Shown piece by piece: positions 30,801 through 45,059 of a stretch of DNA of 64,000 nucleotides. Source of the stretch: Owenia fusiformis. Its lineage: Eukaryota. Under the pieces are notes generated by a model. That model saw only the letters and a program-made list of their open reading frames with translations, was not told the origin of the DNA and made no database searches. The stretch lies in contig CAIIXF020000001.1 of assembly GCA_903813345.2 (NCBI GenBank), positions 19,964,001-20,028,000 on the forward strand, given 5' to 3'. The translations under genes were made by a program, and so were the position numbers. How positions within the stretch are numbered: the first letter of the stretch is position 1; each line of letters starts with the position of its first letter.

Positions 30801-33710
30801 TTTCATGGATTGAACAGTCTACGAGAAAGTGTATCTCGTTCTCAACGACGTCACGCTCACACATACATTTACGCTCATTGACAGGGACACCAGTGTATCT
30901 ACCAGTCTCCAATCTCAGTGGCAGTGTACCCGTTCTGAGTTTTGCCAGATTTGCACGTTCATATCTGTTAAGGCTAATGCGAAGATAGTGTTCAGGCTCT
31001 GTTTTGTGTACCTTGTGGAGCCGATATGTCCTTAGCTTATTTCCGTTTTCCTGGTTCCTGGAGTCGTTCCATATGGAGTTGTGCCAAGTTATATGTTGTT
31101 TTGAGTTTAAGTCAGATCTATACTTTTTAATTTCATATTTCACTGATGGGATATGGTCATCCGTTAAAAAGTGATCAGCTTTTTCCTGTTGTAATTCCAG
31201 CTTAACCTTAGAGTCCCATGATCGTGGTTGCGTTAAGGACCAGTTGTGGATTGTTTTTGTGATTCTGTAGTTATTCATATTTTTAAAACGACACCACTGC
31301 CTGGCCTTTTCAATTTTTTGTCGAACATTTGGGTCAGTCCAGCACATGTCCCCGCGTGTTGCATCGTTCGGTGCACATTTACCGACTCCCATAAAGAAAT
31401 GCTCAGCTTTGTTTTGGACTTTAACTGCTGGTGCTCCCGAGGTGATGTTTGCACTCCATGTGCCGGCAGCATATAACAGAATTGGATCGACCATTGAGTC
31501 GTAGAGCTGGGTATAGACGTTATAGTTCATTCCTCCTTTAAGCCGAAATTTTGTCATAATTGCTCCTAATGCACGTGTGGCAGATTTGGCAAGAATGGAT
31601 ACCGATTTAGACATGTCCATATGCTCATTTAAGGTAAGTCCCAAATATTTGTATTGTCCAACGTATTCAATGACACTGTCACCACATCGAAATACGAACA
31701 GGGACCGCGGGTGATCTTTCGGACGATGGTGGATAATGTTCGTTTTCATAGCATTAACAGTCATCCTCCATTTGCAGCACCTAATCTAACATTCAAACCC
31801 AATATGTCAATTTTTATGTTATGATTTGCTTAAGAGAACGAAAGTCATTCAAAATCAAATGTATAATGAATTGTTTTAATTTAGTTTGAATAATCTGGAA
31901 TATACTTAGTAGAACCCATTTATACTCAGACTTACCAAGCCAAAGCTCATTTACTTATTAGACTCACTGAGCCATGCACAGCTTGTGCACTCAGACACAT
32001 TATTCTTTATCAATAAAATAAGGTACATGTACAATCTGTACAATTTAAAGGAAATTGATGGAATATTTGTGGAGTTATACCAAAAAGAACTGAAAATCTG
32101 ATTTATCGGCAATAAAAATGGCTGCTATTTGATGAACTCAGTTTCAGATTCAGCTTCATGAAAAATCTTACCTTTATTCCACAAAGTGTGAAGTTGGTCT
32201 AAACAGCCGGCCAATGGCTGGTTTAGGATCATAAGGCATATCTTCTCACCTGGAAGGAAAAGATATATCTTTGTATACAGTAATAGACTACCCTTTGCAA
32301 CCCCCCGACTTCACTTCTTAAAAAAGACCTTCGTCTACATTCTTTTAGTTTACAATAAATCTCTGATTTCAACGTGCCAATCAGACTTCATCTTTGAAAT
32401 ATGAATGACTTTCTATAATTGGTAATTTCCACTGACACCATCACATATTAAATGAACATGTACATTATTTACCACATGTTCCTTCCAGTCTGCTGACTAG
32501 TTGAGAAAAGGTCAGCGTGGTAGATTTGAAACGATTTATAACGTGCCTTGTCTGTCACAGGTACCAATATTGTGGGGGTGGGGCTGCTAAACTGTTATAT
32601 AGTCTATATTAGACAAAGGGTAATATCCCTGGTGGTAATTTATAACTTAAATCTGTGTGCAGGGTATTAATAGACTGAGTAGGCAAAAAAGTATTTTCTA
32701 ATGAGTGAAATTGTTACAGTGAATGAATTTGATCAGATTTCAATTGTAAGAACAAGCAAAAAGCCTTTGATTGGTTCTGATCTGTCCTGAATTAGTAAAA
32801 ATGGTAAACCTTCTATCTGAAAATTTTCAACTGATTAGGCACTTATTGCAGTTTGTGAAAAGGGTCTCTGAGAAATATATCTATTACTGCCTAAATAAAC
32901 AAAAGCCATCGACATTGATTACTAAATAGTACATGACGCCTCAGTCAGATTTGCTCCACGACAGCCAAATCGCGACTGTAGCTTCACAAAATCGATACAA
33001 AAGAGTCTTCATCGTTCTGCTTATCCCTATATTTTATGCTGCATATTTCTCTCGATTTTGGGAAAGTACAGCTGAGGTACAAATGCCATGGATCAGGGAC
33101 GTCGGATCATATTTGAAAGGGGGGGGGGTGCGTTTTCCAGAAAATATAGGTGGCGTGCAGGCTACTTGGTGGGTCCGGTTTCGTAGACGTTATCTGGTGC
33201 AATCTGAGCATTCAAGGACTACAAATAGTTCTTTTCTCTGATAAAACTAAATCAGTGTTTATACAATTTATCAGATCAAAATTGATACTGCCCGTTGGTA
33301 CCAGCAGCGGATCGAGGATTTTGTATTTGGGGGAGGCACTTGATATTGGCTGTAAAGGAAGTGAACCATGACGAGTAAGCGGAGTAAAAGAGGGCCAGAA
33401 TAGGGGGATCTGGGGGTTTCTTTTTCAGTTAATGAGCATGTAATTAGCACACATTCCTTCCACTTTGCTGATGGTTGAGAAAGGGTCAGCGAAGTAGATT
33501 TGAAATTATTTATTACCCGGTCTGTCACAGGCACCAATCTTTTGGGTGGGGCTGCTAAACTGTAATATAGTCTATACTAGGCAGAGGGTAGTTTATAACT
33601 AAACTAGATGCGCGCAGGGTACTGCATCATCTTACACACAAACTCTTACCTGATTGTTTGAGAAACTCCAAGGGTGACCAGATACGTGTGTCTGTCGTGG
33701 CATCCCCCAT
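27892..33710 (-). CDS. TPK1: Thiamin pyrophosphokinase 1, 253 aa, 7 coding exons
   Basis: Exons (-): 33710-33650, 32249-32172, 30141-29999, 29736-29641, 28993-28844, 28547-28436, 28013-27892 (762 nt, all GT-AG, in phase). Motifs: WSPLEFL, CLMILNQPL, CVDGGTNELY, PDIISGDFDS, DQSETDFTKCL, GGDRFDHVMANVNTL, WCGFLPIG, VTTTGFKWNL, FGGLISSSN. Confidence 0.95.
30465..31781 (-). mobile_element. 5'-truncated LINE (CR1/L2-group-like) in TPK1 intron 2, same strand as the gene
   Basis: Open 377-aa ORF (30631-31764) with RT thumb YKYLG and C-terminal KLRTY..LRLETGRY..RKCMC..ENEIHFLVDC. Short 3' UTR ending AATAAA followed by an (AAC)-rich tail. No clear TSD; clade assignment tentative. Confidence 0.85.
32470..33620. 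repeat. Diverged ~150-200-bp direct repeat pair in TPK1 intron 1
   Basis: GTTGAGAAA.GGTCAGCG..GTAGATTTGAAA...TCTGTCACAGG.ACCAAT...GGGGCTGCTAAACTGT at ~32500 and ~33474. Confidence 0.7.
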
Positions 33711-34951
33711 AGCCTACAAACACAATGTGGATCTCTCAATCAATGTAGAAATGATTTTTTGGATCTCCAACTGTCTGACATTAACTGTAACATCTGACAT
33801 GTACACTGTCAACATGAAGCTGAAATAAAAGTTAATGAACTTTACTCAAACTCATTGATCTATTCAAATGAAAGATGATTTATTATCATAATTTTGAGAT
33901 TATTTTCATTTTCTAACAGAGGTTGAAAGGGTATTTGGCATTGAAAGATGACAAAGATTGACAACACTGAGACTCAGCGTTACTGAAAGCCCTGTGATTG
34001 TTATCTTAACAACTATATTAGGTTATGATGATAAAACTATGATGTGAAATATGCTGACAAAGTTCCAAACTTAGCTTTGAAAAGGAAAAATTGAGGTTTT
34101 AAAAAAATCTTAAATATACAGATATGTTGTAATTTTTAACCCTAAGTATAATGATTTACATATCAACAAAGATACACTCTGTCAGACATATAAATAATAA
34201 ATATAAATCGATAGGTCCCTGATAAAAACTGAGACCAAGGTGAATTAGACTCAGTGAATTGAAGATGATTTAGCCATTTGTTTGTTTCAATAAACAATAA
34301 AACATGTACAATATAAAGTATCGGTACTCTAGCCTTTACGTTTTACTGTATACCTAAATATTTGATTGAAAATTAGATACATTACTGTGTATCAAAGGCT
34401 GAGGGAGATTAACCCCCCCCCCCCAGTCACTGTATAGCTAATGTAAAAAATACAGGCTCACTTCGTAAACATCGAATTTTCTTCTTTAACAGCTGAATCT
34501 CACCATATGTCCAATGATCTTCTCTAAAATTCTCAGATTATGTATATATCTTATAGACGAAACAATCTGGTTGTTAACAGCTGTCAATCTGTAGGATTTG
34601 TGGCCAGCTGGCTTTTACTGAGCAACCCACGGTCACGACAAATCGACGTCCACTCGCCATCTTGTTAACTTGAAAGATGTCTCTGCAGTCGACCAATCAA
34701 ATTACAGCAGTTATTAATTAATATTATTTAATTAAATTACACATTTAATTTAACATTCACACACTTATTTATTGTTTTTTGAATTTTTTGAATTAAAAAC
34801 CTACAAAGTTTTGATTTTTAAACGGCCGGATTATTTCTAATGATCATTTCTTGGACGTGAATTATAGCGGAAAATCATGACGATTATTTTTAGAAATAAA
34901 AAAAAGCTAATAGTATACGATATACTATTTGAAATATACCGAGACTGCTAC

Positions 34952-35375
34952 AACTAGATAACGGCAACTCCGCGGAGTAGCAAATCCCAACGAACAAAAT
35001 ATCAATTACCGAATTCCAATCAATTATACTCATTACTTTGGTTGAAAATGAAAAAATTAGATTTTAGAATTGCAAATTCCTGCAAAGCAGCCATTTTGAA
35101 TTTTCTGAGGTACAAATCTGAAAAATAATACCATAATTGTGATCTACTCCAAAATTCCTTCAATTTGAGTATAATATAGCCATACTTTGAAGGGATCGAA
35201 AAATTATTGCGAAATCGTACATTAGACGGCCATTTTGAATTTTACGAGGCTCGAATCAGAAAAAAGATACAATATTTGCAATCTACTCTTAATTTCCTTT
35301 CATTTGAGTATAATAAAGCTATACTTCAGAAAGATCTAAAAATAAGCGAAAATTTCTGTTTTTCTGTCCCCCACG
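34952..35375 (+). mobile_element. 5' part of a Helentron-associated (HINE-like) element
   Basis: AACTAGATAACGGCAACTCCGCGGAGTAGCAAATCCCAACGAAC matches, in reverse complement, the terminus at ~55870-55915. Followed by ~130-bp core repeats containing GCCATTTTGAATTTT. Confidence 0.55.
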
Positions 35376-38300
35376 CGAGACTAATGCCATTGCTAATTGC
35401 ACCCCTGCGACCAAAAATGGTAAAAGTGTGCATTAAATAAAAAATATTGATCAAAAATCAAAAAGGTTTTTTATGTAGAGTATCCTTGTCCTAAACAATC
35501 GCCACGGTGAATTTCATTCAAAATAAAGACGTTTTGGTCAAGTCATGCTTAACTGAAGTTGCGCATGTGGTTAATTGTAACCCACATGGCGACTCATAAA
35601 AGTGCACCTAATTCGATAATTTTAAGTAATAAGTAGGTCCCTCGGGGGCGATTTCTTGGTATAGTGGTCGATTTTACCGCTCTTTGTACATAATTATCCC
35701 GTTTTGAGAGAAAATGGGCCACTCGGAAAAATGATCTGACATGATTATATCATGGTCGTGATTTATCTATCCTTCGATCGCATTCATTGTTCATTTTTCG
35801 TTTAAATGAAAAGTTTTCGCTTTAAAAACGTTTTGACGAGATATTTGTGATGGGGAAGGATGGGGAATTCAGGAAATGTAATCAGTTTCGTAATATTATT
35901 TCATTAAAATATTTTTTTTGAACAAAATCGGATTCGCTTGGTCAATTGTAACTCGTGGTTAATTGTAACCCAAATGCGCGACCAAACTTTAATTTTGACC
36001 CAATAATTAATTTTATCACGTCTGCAACGAAACACAAACAAATATAACAGCTTTAAATCTAATTGAAGACATAGATATTTATTTTAATGTATGTTGAAGG
36101 ACGTTTTAAGGGAGTTATCTATTAATAAAACGTGTAAAAACGATTAAACAAAACCAACGATTTACGCTCGATTGTTTCATCATTTTAATGGGACGCATCA
36201 TCTTGTTCTACCAAGCTTCTGATAATTGAACTGTTTGATTCTGCATCCAAGGCTATTTGGCGGCAGGAACTTTGATATAAACAGAGACAGATAATGAGAT
36301 ATGTCAGAAATCCACAACGCCGAAGATCCTAAAAAATAAAATAATAAATACGGACATCGGACAATACGACATTAAGTCTGATCGCACGTCTTATTGCAGT
36401 CTTCAGAGGTTTTAATTCACCGCTTGATTATTTTGTTTTTTTTCTAAAAAATAATTAAATTTCAACGATGTATTCACGGGAATACCTTGCACCAAACGAT
36501 GTATTCACGGGAATACCTTGCACCATCGATAAAATAAAATTAAATTCGCGTTGTTAATCGCAACTTAACAAAATGTTGATTAATTGTAACCCAATTGGGA
36601 CCCGATCACGCTAACGCAGTGATTAATTCTTTCACATCTGCAATGGAATGCACCAATTTTTAAGTTATTTATTAGACGTAATTGAAATTCAGCATATCAT
36701 TTTTAACAGCACGAATTTTTCAATTCATCATCATTGGATTTGTCGTAGAATGGAGTGATCGACTCCGTCATGGTCGAAAAAAAACCAAAACATTTTCTTG
36801 ATTTTAGGTTGGTGTTAGTTTGAAGTTACTTTTATGAATATCTGTGTGACAAGGTTATCAAATTTAATGAAAGACGTCTACAATTTCAACTGGAAAATGA
36901 TTTTAAAATGGATACAAATTTATCTATTTGTTATGGGTTGTATTTTTAAAACAGTAAGAATGTGTTTTCCATGTGAATGCAATGGCCCATAGAATGTAGA
37001 AACTTGCTTGATTGACACATGTCAAAAATCCATATCACTGAAGATGCTAATAATAAAATAATAATAACTCTGAGATATAAGCATTTTTTATTTACAGTTT
37101 ATTTTATTTCACTAAATCATCAATAGTATTACAATAACATTTTGGGAGGCTGAAAGAGCATTAGCAAAAAGGTAAGCACAGATTCAACTATTATAATGAT
37201 TATATGAACACTGAAACAATTTTCTTAAAAACTATCACAGTGTTTTGTTCACAATATTTTATATCATCCCTATTTTCTAGTCTATCAATTCGGATTTTAT
37301 TTCATGACAAACCTTTGATTTTAATGATTATTTCATATCTTCTCAGGGGATAAACTCAATATGTATCTCAACCCTTGGATACTAGATTTATTTCATGATT
37401 ACAACAGAGTTGCTCAATTAGAGAGGGTTTCAGTATGAAACTAAAATATTGATATCAAACAAGGGAATATATTTTGCCATGGAATAAACTCTATATTTTT
37501 CTCAACCCATAGAATAATATGTTTGGTGTTTTTCAAGGTCAGAAGAATAATCATTTGTTTAATTATGTGTCTTAAGAGTCCAGGAGTTCAGATTTTATTT
37601 TATGATAATCCTTTAATTTTAATGATTATCTCAGAATCTTTGAACAGTGGCTGGCTATTCTAATGAATTTTGACATTTTGTTTCTTAAATATTCAATTAC
37701 TCCTATCAGTCTATAATTGATAAATATCTCAATTCTTTATTTCAGAATAATAAAATCAAACTTGTAGGTGATACATGTTCATGCTAGAGATACATTGAAA
37801 TGATTACTTCCAACCATTTAATTTTATTTCAGAGAAAATATGTTAGGCCTAATTCAATTACAATAAATACATAATATTTAAGTGATATAACTGCATTTGA
37901 GAAAATATGTTGAAGCAATTACAACACAGTTACATACTTAAATTACAATACTGCATTTGTTTACACTTCAGTATTTTGGAAATGTTTACATTTTGTGGTC
38001 TCTAATCCACATATTTATAGGGGGTAGCATAGATTTAAATAAGGGTTAGACTAGCTGCCTCCTGCCTACTCCCCAGATATGATATAATATATATTCCCAG
38101 TTGTTATCATGGCCTTTGGATTTCATTGAAAATAGATTCATGTTTTAGTCCTTTGGTTTATTTCACATAGCTTCTTTTTCAGGTTTGATTGAGTTGCAAA
38201 AATATTTGTATTGTAGTTTAATGATATGTCATTATTAACTGACATCATTTCATCATAACCCAGCCTATTCTAAGGGGTCACTGTGTTTCAAACAAAATTA

Positions 38301-38774
38301 TGTAACACCTATAAAATGTTTAGTGTGTTACATGTATGAATTCCAGTCCATGGAATGATCAAATCAATTATTACACTTGATAAATGTTCTTGGAAGTCAG
38401 TTATGATCAAAAACAACTAATAAAGAAGACAATACCAATATAAACATTTTTTATATAGATTTATTTAATTTCAAACTGATGCGCCTCCATTTTATTTAAT
38501 TCTTAAAAATAAAAACACATTTTTTAGTAAAGTGGTAACCCAGAGTCGATGCAGAATATACAGTATCTACACCTGGATCATCTCCAGACTATATTTTAAA
38601 TAAATAAAATAAAATGGACATGCATCAATTGAAACTAAATGTATTTAAATCCATATTCAGATCTATAAATGGTTTATCTTGGAGACTATGATCAGAAAAT
38701 GGCGTAATAAGTAGTCTGCCCCATTTTCAATGACTTCATATTGTTTAACCTTGCATCTAGGCCTAGCTTCTAAT

Positions 38775-40740
38775 ATCATCAACCTATAATAAATGCATAA
38801 TAAATTATACTCCATCCACCAGTCAGTCATCTCATTGACCTATAATAAATTATACTTCATTCACCCCATCTCATCGACCTATGATAAATGCATAATAAAT
38901 CATACTCCATTCACCCAATCTCATCAACCTATAACAAATGCATAATAAATCATACTTCATCCACCAGTCAGCCCATCTCATTGACCTATAATAAATGCAT
39001 AATAAATGATACATTATCCACCAGTCAGCCCATGTCATTGACCTATAATAATTGCATAATAAATGATACTTCATCCACCAGTCACCCCATCTCATTGACC
39101 TATAATAGATACATAATAAATGATACTTCATTCACCAGTCAGCTCATCTAATTGACCTATAATAAATATATAATAAATGATACTTCATTCACAAGTCAGC
39201 CCATCTCATTAACCTATAATAAATGCATAATAAATGATACTTCATCCACCAGTCACCCCATCCCATTGACCTATAATAGATACATAATAAATGATACTTC
39301 ATTCACCAGTCAGCTCATCTCATTGACCTATAATAAATATATAATAAATGATACTTTATCCACCAGTCAGCCCATGCCATTGACCTATAATAAATGCATA
39401 AGAAATGATACTTCATCCACCAGTCACCCCATCTCATTGACCTATAATAGATACATAATAAATGATACTTCATTCACCAGTCAGCTCATCTAATTGACCA
39501 ATTATAAATATATAATAAATGATACTTCATCCACCAGTCAGCCCATGCTATTGACCTATAATAAATGCATAATAAATTATACTTCATCCACCAGTCACCC
39601 CATCTCATTGACCTATAATAGATACATAATTAATGATACTTCATCCACCAGCCAGCTCATCTAATTGACCTATAATAAATATATAATAAATGATACTTCA
39701 TTCACAAGTCAGCCCATCTCATTAACCTATAATAAATGCATAATAAATGATACTTCATCCACCAGTCACCCCATCTCATTGACCTATAATAGATACATAA
39801 TAAATGATACTTCATTCACCAGTCAGCTCATCTAATTGACCTATAATAAATATATAATAAATGATACTTCATCCACCAGTCAGCCCCTGTCATTGACCTA
39901 AAATAAATGCATAATAAATGATACTTCATCCACCAGTTACCCCATCTCATTAACCTATAATAAATGCATAATAAATGATACTTCATCCACCAGTCACCCC
40001 ATCTCATTGACCTATAATAGATACATAATAAATGATACTTCATTCACCAGTCAGCTCATCTAATTGACCTATAATAAATATATAATAAATGATACTTCAT
40101 CCACCAGTCAGCCCCTGTCATTGACCTAAAATAAATGCATAATAAATGATACTTCATCCACCAGTTACCCCATCTCATTGACCTATAATAGATACATAAT
40201 AAATGATACTTCATCCACCAGTCAGCTCATCTCATTGACCTATAATAAATATATAATAAATGATACTTCATCCACCAGTCATCCCATCTCATTGACCTAT
40301 AATAAATACATAATAAATGATTCTTCATCCGCCAGTCAGCCCATGTCATTGAGCTATAATAAATACATAATAAAAGATACTTCATCCACCAGTCAGCCCA
40401 TCTCGTTGACCATAAAAACATAATAAATGATACTTCATCCACCAGTCAGCCCATGTCATTGAGCTATAATAATTTAATAAATGCATAATAAATGATACTT
40501 TATTCACAAGTCAGCCCATCTCATTGACCTACAATTAATACATAACAAATGATACTTCATCCACCAGTCAGCCCATGTCAATGACCTACAATAAATTATA
40601 CTTCATCCACCAGTCAGCCAATCTCAGTGACCTATAATAAATGCATAATAAATTATACTTCATCTATCAGTCAGCCCATCTCAATGACCTATAATAAATG
40701 ATATGTCATCTTTCAGTCAGCCCATCTCAATGACCAGCAA
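38775..40740. repeat. 57-bp minisatellite (~33 copies) with a 171-bp trimeric higher-order structure
   Basis: Unit ACCTATAATAAATGCATAATAAATGATACTTCATCCACCAGTCAGCCCATCTCATTG. The AGATACAT variant recurs at 39107, 39278, 39449, 39620, 39791, 40019 and 40190. Confidence 0.95.
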
Positions 40741-40959
40741 TAAATGCAAATGTTTAACTGGTAACCTGGAGATATTCCAATACCTGTATTGATGGACTGA
40801 GCACAGTAAGAAGTACAGTACAGTAATTGAATGATTTTGAAGAAATATTTGTCAGTACTCTATCCCCAGACTAAATGAAACATATGCAATGACACCATGA
40901 TAAATGTATCACTTCTTGCCAAAGCATGTCATTAGGTTTTGACCCATGATGTTTAAGTA

Positions 40960-41697
40960 CACTCCCCTCCATAAGTTTGGACACCTTAGCTTCCCCATTG
41001 AACTATGTGTTGAAGCCTCTTTATATTTGAATTCTTATTTACTTAACCTGCTATTAAATACTTGAAATATTGATGGAAACAAATGGGAAATGGTGAGTTC
41101 AGGGCAAATCAGAAATCTGGATATCTATTCAGTAAAAGATTCACCAAAAAATATTTTTATATAGAAAATTGAATTGTCTAACTTTTTTGTACACTGAGTG
41201 TTTAGTTTACTTTATGAATACATTTTTGAAAATCATTTTTCGCCTCCTGTGTTATTTCAATGGGAGTTTTTTAAAAAATAATTCTGATTTTAAAGACCTA
41301 TAACTTTGTTGAACCTGAATCTGATGAAATATGTCAATTTTTGGTTAAATGAAGTTAGCAAATTCAATTGACTACCTAACTTGTACTTCTTGCGAGAAAT
41401 CGGAGAGATGGATATTCTGTCATATGACTTGAGACAAACGTACCATTTCCCATGAGTTAACATGGGAATGTTGTTTTTCAAAAATTCATCAAATTTATCA
41501 TCAATTTTCAACCTATTGTAATTGAGGAAAGAAATGGGAATATTTGGAGGTATTGGTAATAAAGTCAAGTTACGTTTCCCTCAATATACTAGTAATAAGT
41601 ATTTTTATCACAGGTTAAGTAAATAAAATTCAAATATAAAGAGGCTTTAACACGTAGTTCAATGGGGGGGAGCTAAGGTTGCCAAACTAGGGGAGTG
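40960..41697. mobile_element. Tc1/mariner-like MITE with ~90-bp TIRs
   Basis: TA|CACTCCCC..CTTAGCT.CCCCATTGAACTA.GTGTT.AAGCCTCTTTATATTTGAATT..TATTTACTTAACCTG with its inverse ending GGGAGTG|TA. Confidence 0.85.
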
Positions 41698-43009
41698 TAG
41701 GTGGAGTATAAGTTGTCTGTAGGGTCCTCTGTGTCTCAACTGACATTGATAAAGGCAAAATCAGATCAAGCAAGCAACATTTTCAAAATTTCAATTTTAG
41801 AATGCAAGTAAATAGGCTTATATCATTTTAACTTCAAAATTTGTATTGTGTTCATTTTCTATAGATGCATTATAATTGTAATAAAAATCTTTAGTTTTCC
41901 TCAAATTCATACAGTACACTCTAGAATTTTTGTCAAGTCAGTACTCCGAGAGTGCCCCTACTAGATCTGATTCTGCCTTTAGCAGTGGAAAATGAATCAT
42001 ATGTTCACTGAAAATAGCCATGCTATGTAATCAGAATCAGTAAAACATTGATTCATTTTTAACCTCAGTTCTTACCTGTTGACACAAAGCCATACACCAT
42101 GGTCATCAGTGGTGATACAGACAACTGAACTTTAACATTTAACATATGTAAACAGAAACTTGGTAACTAAAGCCTTATGTAAACTTATGTAAGTACATTT
42201 GTAATTTTTAAGTTACAAATGATATAAAATTAATATAAAAAAGTTACATTGTTTTCACTGCCATGAAAGGAACTTCTACTAAATCATTCATTTTTATAAG
42301 TTATGAGGCTAGATCTTGTAGAATGTTAATCTCTGGACAGTCTAAAGTCTAAACACTAGACTTATGTTCACAAAATATTGTGAAAATGGTGTGAGAAAGA
42401 TATCATGGATCACAAAATGCAATGTCCTCATAGCTTTTAGTCAAGAAAGCCTATTTAAAAAGTCCTTGTTGCTTATCTATAAAAACATCAAAACATAAGC
42501 TGCATGCAAGTAACTTATTGATCAATAATAATGTGTTTGATGACTGGTATGAAAGGCATGTTTTTGAACAGGAATACAATCCTTTAACTTAGATTTAAAT
42601 TCATCATTATTCTGAAAGTTTATATGAATTAACAATCTAAAATAGTGTTTCAGTTCAAAATTGCCACCCATTGAAAGTCATCTAGCACATTTTGCATAAT
42701 TTACTGTCACCTTTTGTTAAAAGATGGGCATCCAGTTATATTCATTCCTGCAAACAAACAAAAATATTGTTAAAATACATGTATTACCAAACAACAATAG
42801 CATACAGTACAAGGTGATCATTAAGTAAGATGAAAAGTGCTCTAACTATTGTAAACATTAATGAATCAGGCTCATTGTCTCACAGGATGATGCTCTAATA
42901 ATTATATATACACAAAATAAAATTCAATGTATTATCAATATTTAATATTCAGTGTTCTATAACGATGACAACCCATGTCACGGGTCCTAGAGCAGTCAAA
43001 AAAGAAAGA

Positions 43010-43335
43010 AAATATTGTGATCTTGATCAAACAAGCACAACAAATTGGGATGATCCCCATATTTGTACTGACTTATACAATTTTTTGCAATAGCAATAAT
43101 ATAATTGATATAGTCTTCTTCCTTTTTACATTCATATTTGAATAAGATGTGTTTGTGTCCTAGTCTAAGTCTGTGCCCAAATCTAGCATTTAATTTGCAA
43201 CCTACTTCATTCCATAAAAGCTTTACTCTTTTGCATGAAATGAAAAAGTGTGCAAATGAATCTTCCTCGTTACAATATGAACAATTCTTTGAGGTACCTC
43301 CTTCAATTTTCCATTTAAAAAGGTGATTACTAGTG
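43010..43335 (-). mobile_element. 3' fragment of a different L1/Tx1-type ORF2 (zinc-knuckle region)
   Basis: Manual translation (-): HLFKWKIEGGTSKNCSYCNEEDSFAHFFISCKRVKLLWNEV...YINYIIAIAKNCI. The CxxC..H..C layout matches the ORF2 end of the 16.6-22.9 kb element, but the sequence is divergent. Confidence 0.75.
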
Positions 43336-43369
43336 AAGGTTCTTGAAGGCTGTTCCCAGAACTCATCAT

Positions 43370-44150
43370 AGGATCTGGAGGCTATACCATCTTTGACTCT
43401 GGAGGCTATACCTATTGTAGACTCTGGAGGCTATACCATCTTAGACTCTTGGAGGCTATACCAATTGTAGACTCTGGAGGCTATACCATCTTAGACTCTT
43501 GGAGGCTATACCATCTCAGACTCTTGTAAGCTGTTCCATCTTAGACTCTTGGAGGCTGTACCTATCTTTGGCTCTAGAGGCTGAATTCATATTATACTCT
43601 GAAGTCACACCATATTGGTCTCTGAAGGCTGAATTCATAATATACTGTGGTGGCTGTACCATCTTTGACTCTGGAGGCTGAGTCCATATGATACTCTGGA
43701 GGTTGTACCATATGAGACTCTGTAGGCTGTATCAATTTTAGATTATAGAGACTGGGCCATCTTAGCATCTTGGAATTGGAGGTTGTAGCCATCATAGAAG
43801 TAGACCATTAAACTCTTGAGGCTGAAGTCATATTAGACTATGATTGTTAATATTACTCATAGACTATACCATTTTCCACTCTGGAGGCTAAACCATCTTA
43901 GGCTCTGAAGGCTGTACCATCTTAGACTCTGGAAACTGATCCCATGTTATAACTGGAGGCTGTACCATCTAAGGGTCTGGAGGCTGTATCATCTTAGATT
44001 CGTGGAGGCTGTACTTATCTTAGGCTCTGAATGCCAGAGCAATCATAGGATCTGAAGGTTGTATCATCTTGAGACTCTGGAGACTGATCCCATGTTACAT
44101 CTGGAAGCTGTACCATCTTAGACTAGTGAAGAGGCTGTACCTATCTTAGG
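43370..44150. repeat. Degenerate 24-25-bp tandem repeat
   Basis: GACTCTGGAGGCTATACCATCTTA-like units. Confidence 0.85.
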
Positions 44151-45059
44151 CACATCATATACATATTTCATGTTATAAAATGAGTGTTCTCAGAAAATAT
44201 GCACTATACTACACTATTTGCGTTTATTATGCCCTGTTACTATGGCAACCCATTGACACTCACCATATTAAAGAATAACATCAGTTTTCATGAGCCCTAT
44301 AAATAAAACTGTGACTGATTCTGTAAAATGACATTTTTGAGAAATAATCATCAAAAAGTACCATGCCCACTTTTGAGAAGATAGAGTGGTAGTCACTTAA
44401 TAGAATAGAGTCCAGAGTTGAAGATATCATATAATTCATCATATTAATCGTGTTATCTTATTAAACACTCCCCAAATATGTTTTTAAGGTAACTTAATGT
44501 TTATTTTTAAATCATTTGAAGAGAAATAGAAACATCTGTTATTATAGAAAGCTTCAGATTTACCTGAAATATTAAAGATTTTGAGCAATTAAGTAGTGAT
44601 CTCTAATCACTTATAAATGACAGGACACATGCTTGAGAACCAATATACATATATATTCAAATAAGGGATGCCAATAATGTAATGTTTACCTAGGCCTTGT
44701 ATGTTATCAAGTGTAAAATCTTATAGCAAATAAATAAAACCTTATTATATTAAACCAGCCTTATTGTGATTGGAGTTATATAACAGAAATTATTAATGTT
44801 TATCCTAGTACCCCCTCATAAAATTACCCCAGGGAGTATAAATGGTGATTTTAAGGTTTTCCACAAGTTAGATTTTTCTAGATTTTTTATATGTTGTTTT
44901 ACTTACAAATGGCTATTGATAACACTAGGTTTACCCTGTACATTGTACTGTGTATTGCAATTTTTAATTTATTTGTGAATATTTACAATGGTTTTACTGG
45001 AGAATAATATGGAATCATCTTATGATGGTCTGATCCCATATCTCAAGTCTATGGCACGG

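Noticed and set aside
21170-33710. Functional link between the NADAR domain (riboflavin-intermediate N-glycosidase in bacteria and plants) and neighbouring TPK1 as a vitamin-metabolism cluster
   Set aside because: The NADAR lies inside a TSD-bounded, young-looking retrotransposon in an animal genome; adjacency is best explained as chance.
34620-34700. YY1 + CCAAT motifs as the TPK1 promoter
   Set aside because: Plausible, but they lie in CpG-rich, transposon-like sequence where ATGGCG motifs are common; cannot be separated from repeat background.
38871-40442. Repetitive ORFs (TYNKCIINDTSSTS / WWMKYHLLCIYY)
   Set aside because: By-products of a 57-bp unit divisible by three; interrupted by stops, with no splice support.
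42071-42755. Candidate minus-strand 5' UTR exons of TPK1 (donor at ~42076, acceptor at ~42748)
   Set aside because: Isolated splice-like motifs without coding or transcript support; too weak to call.
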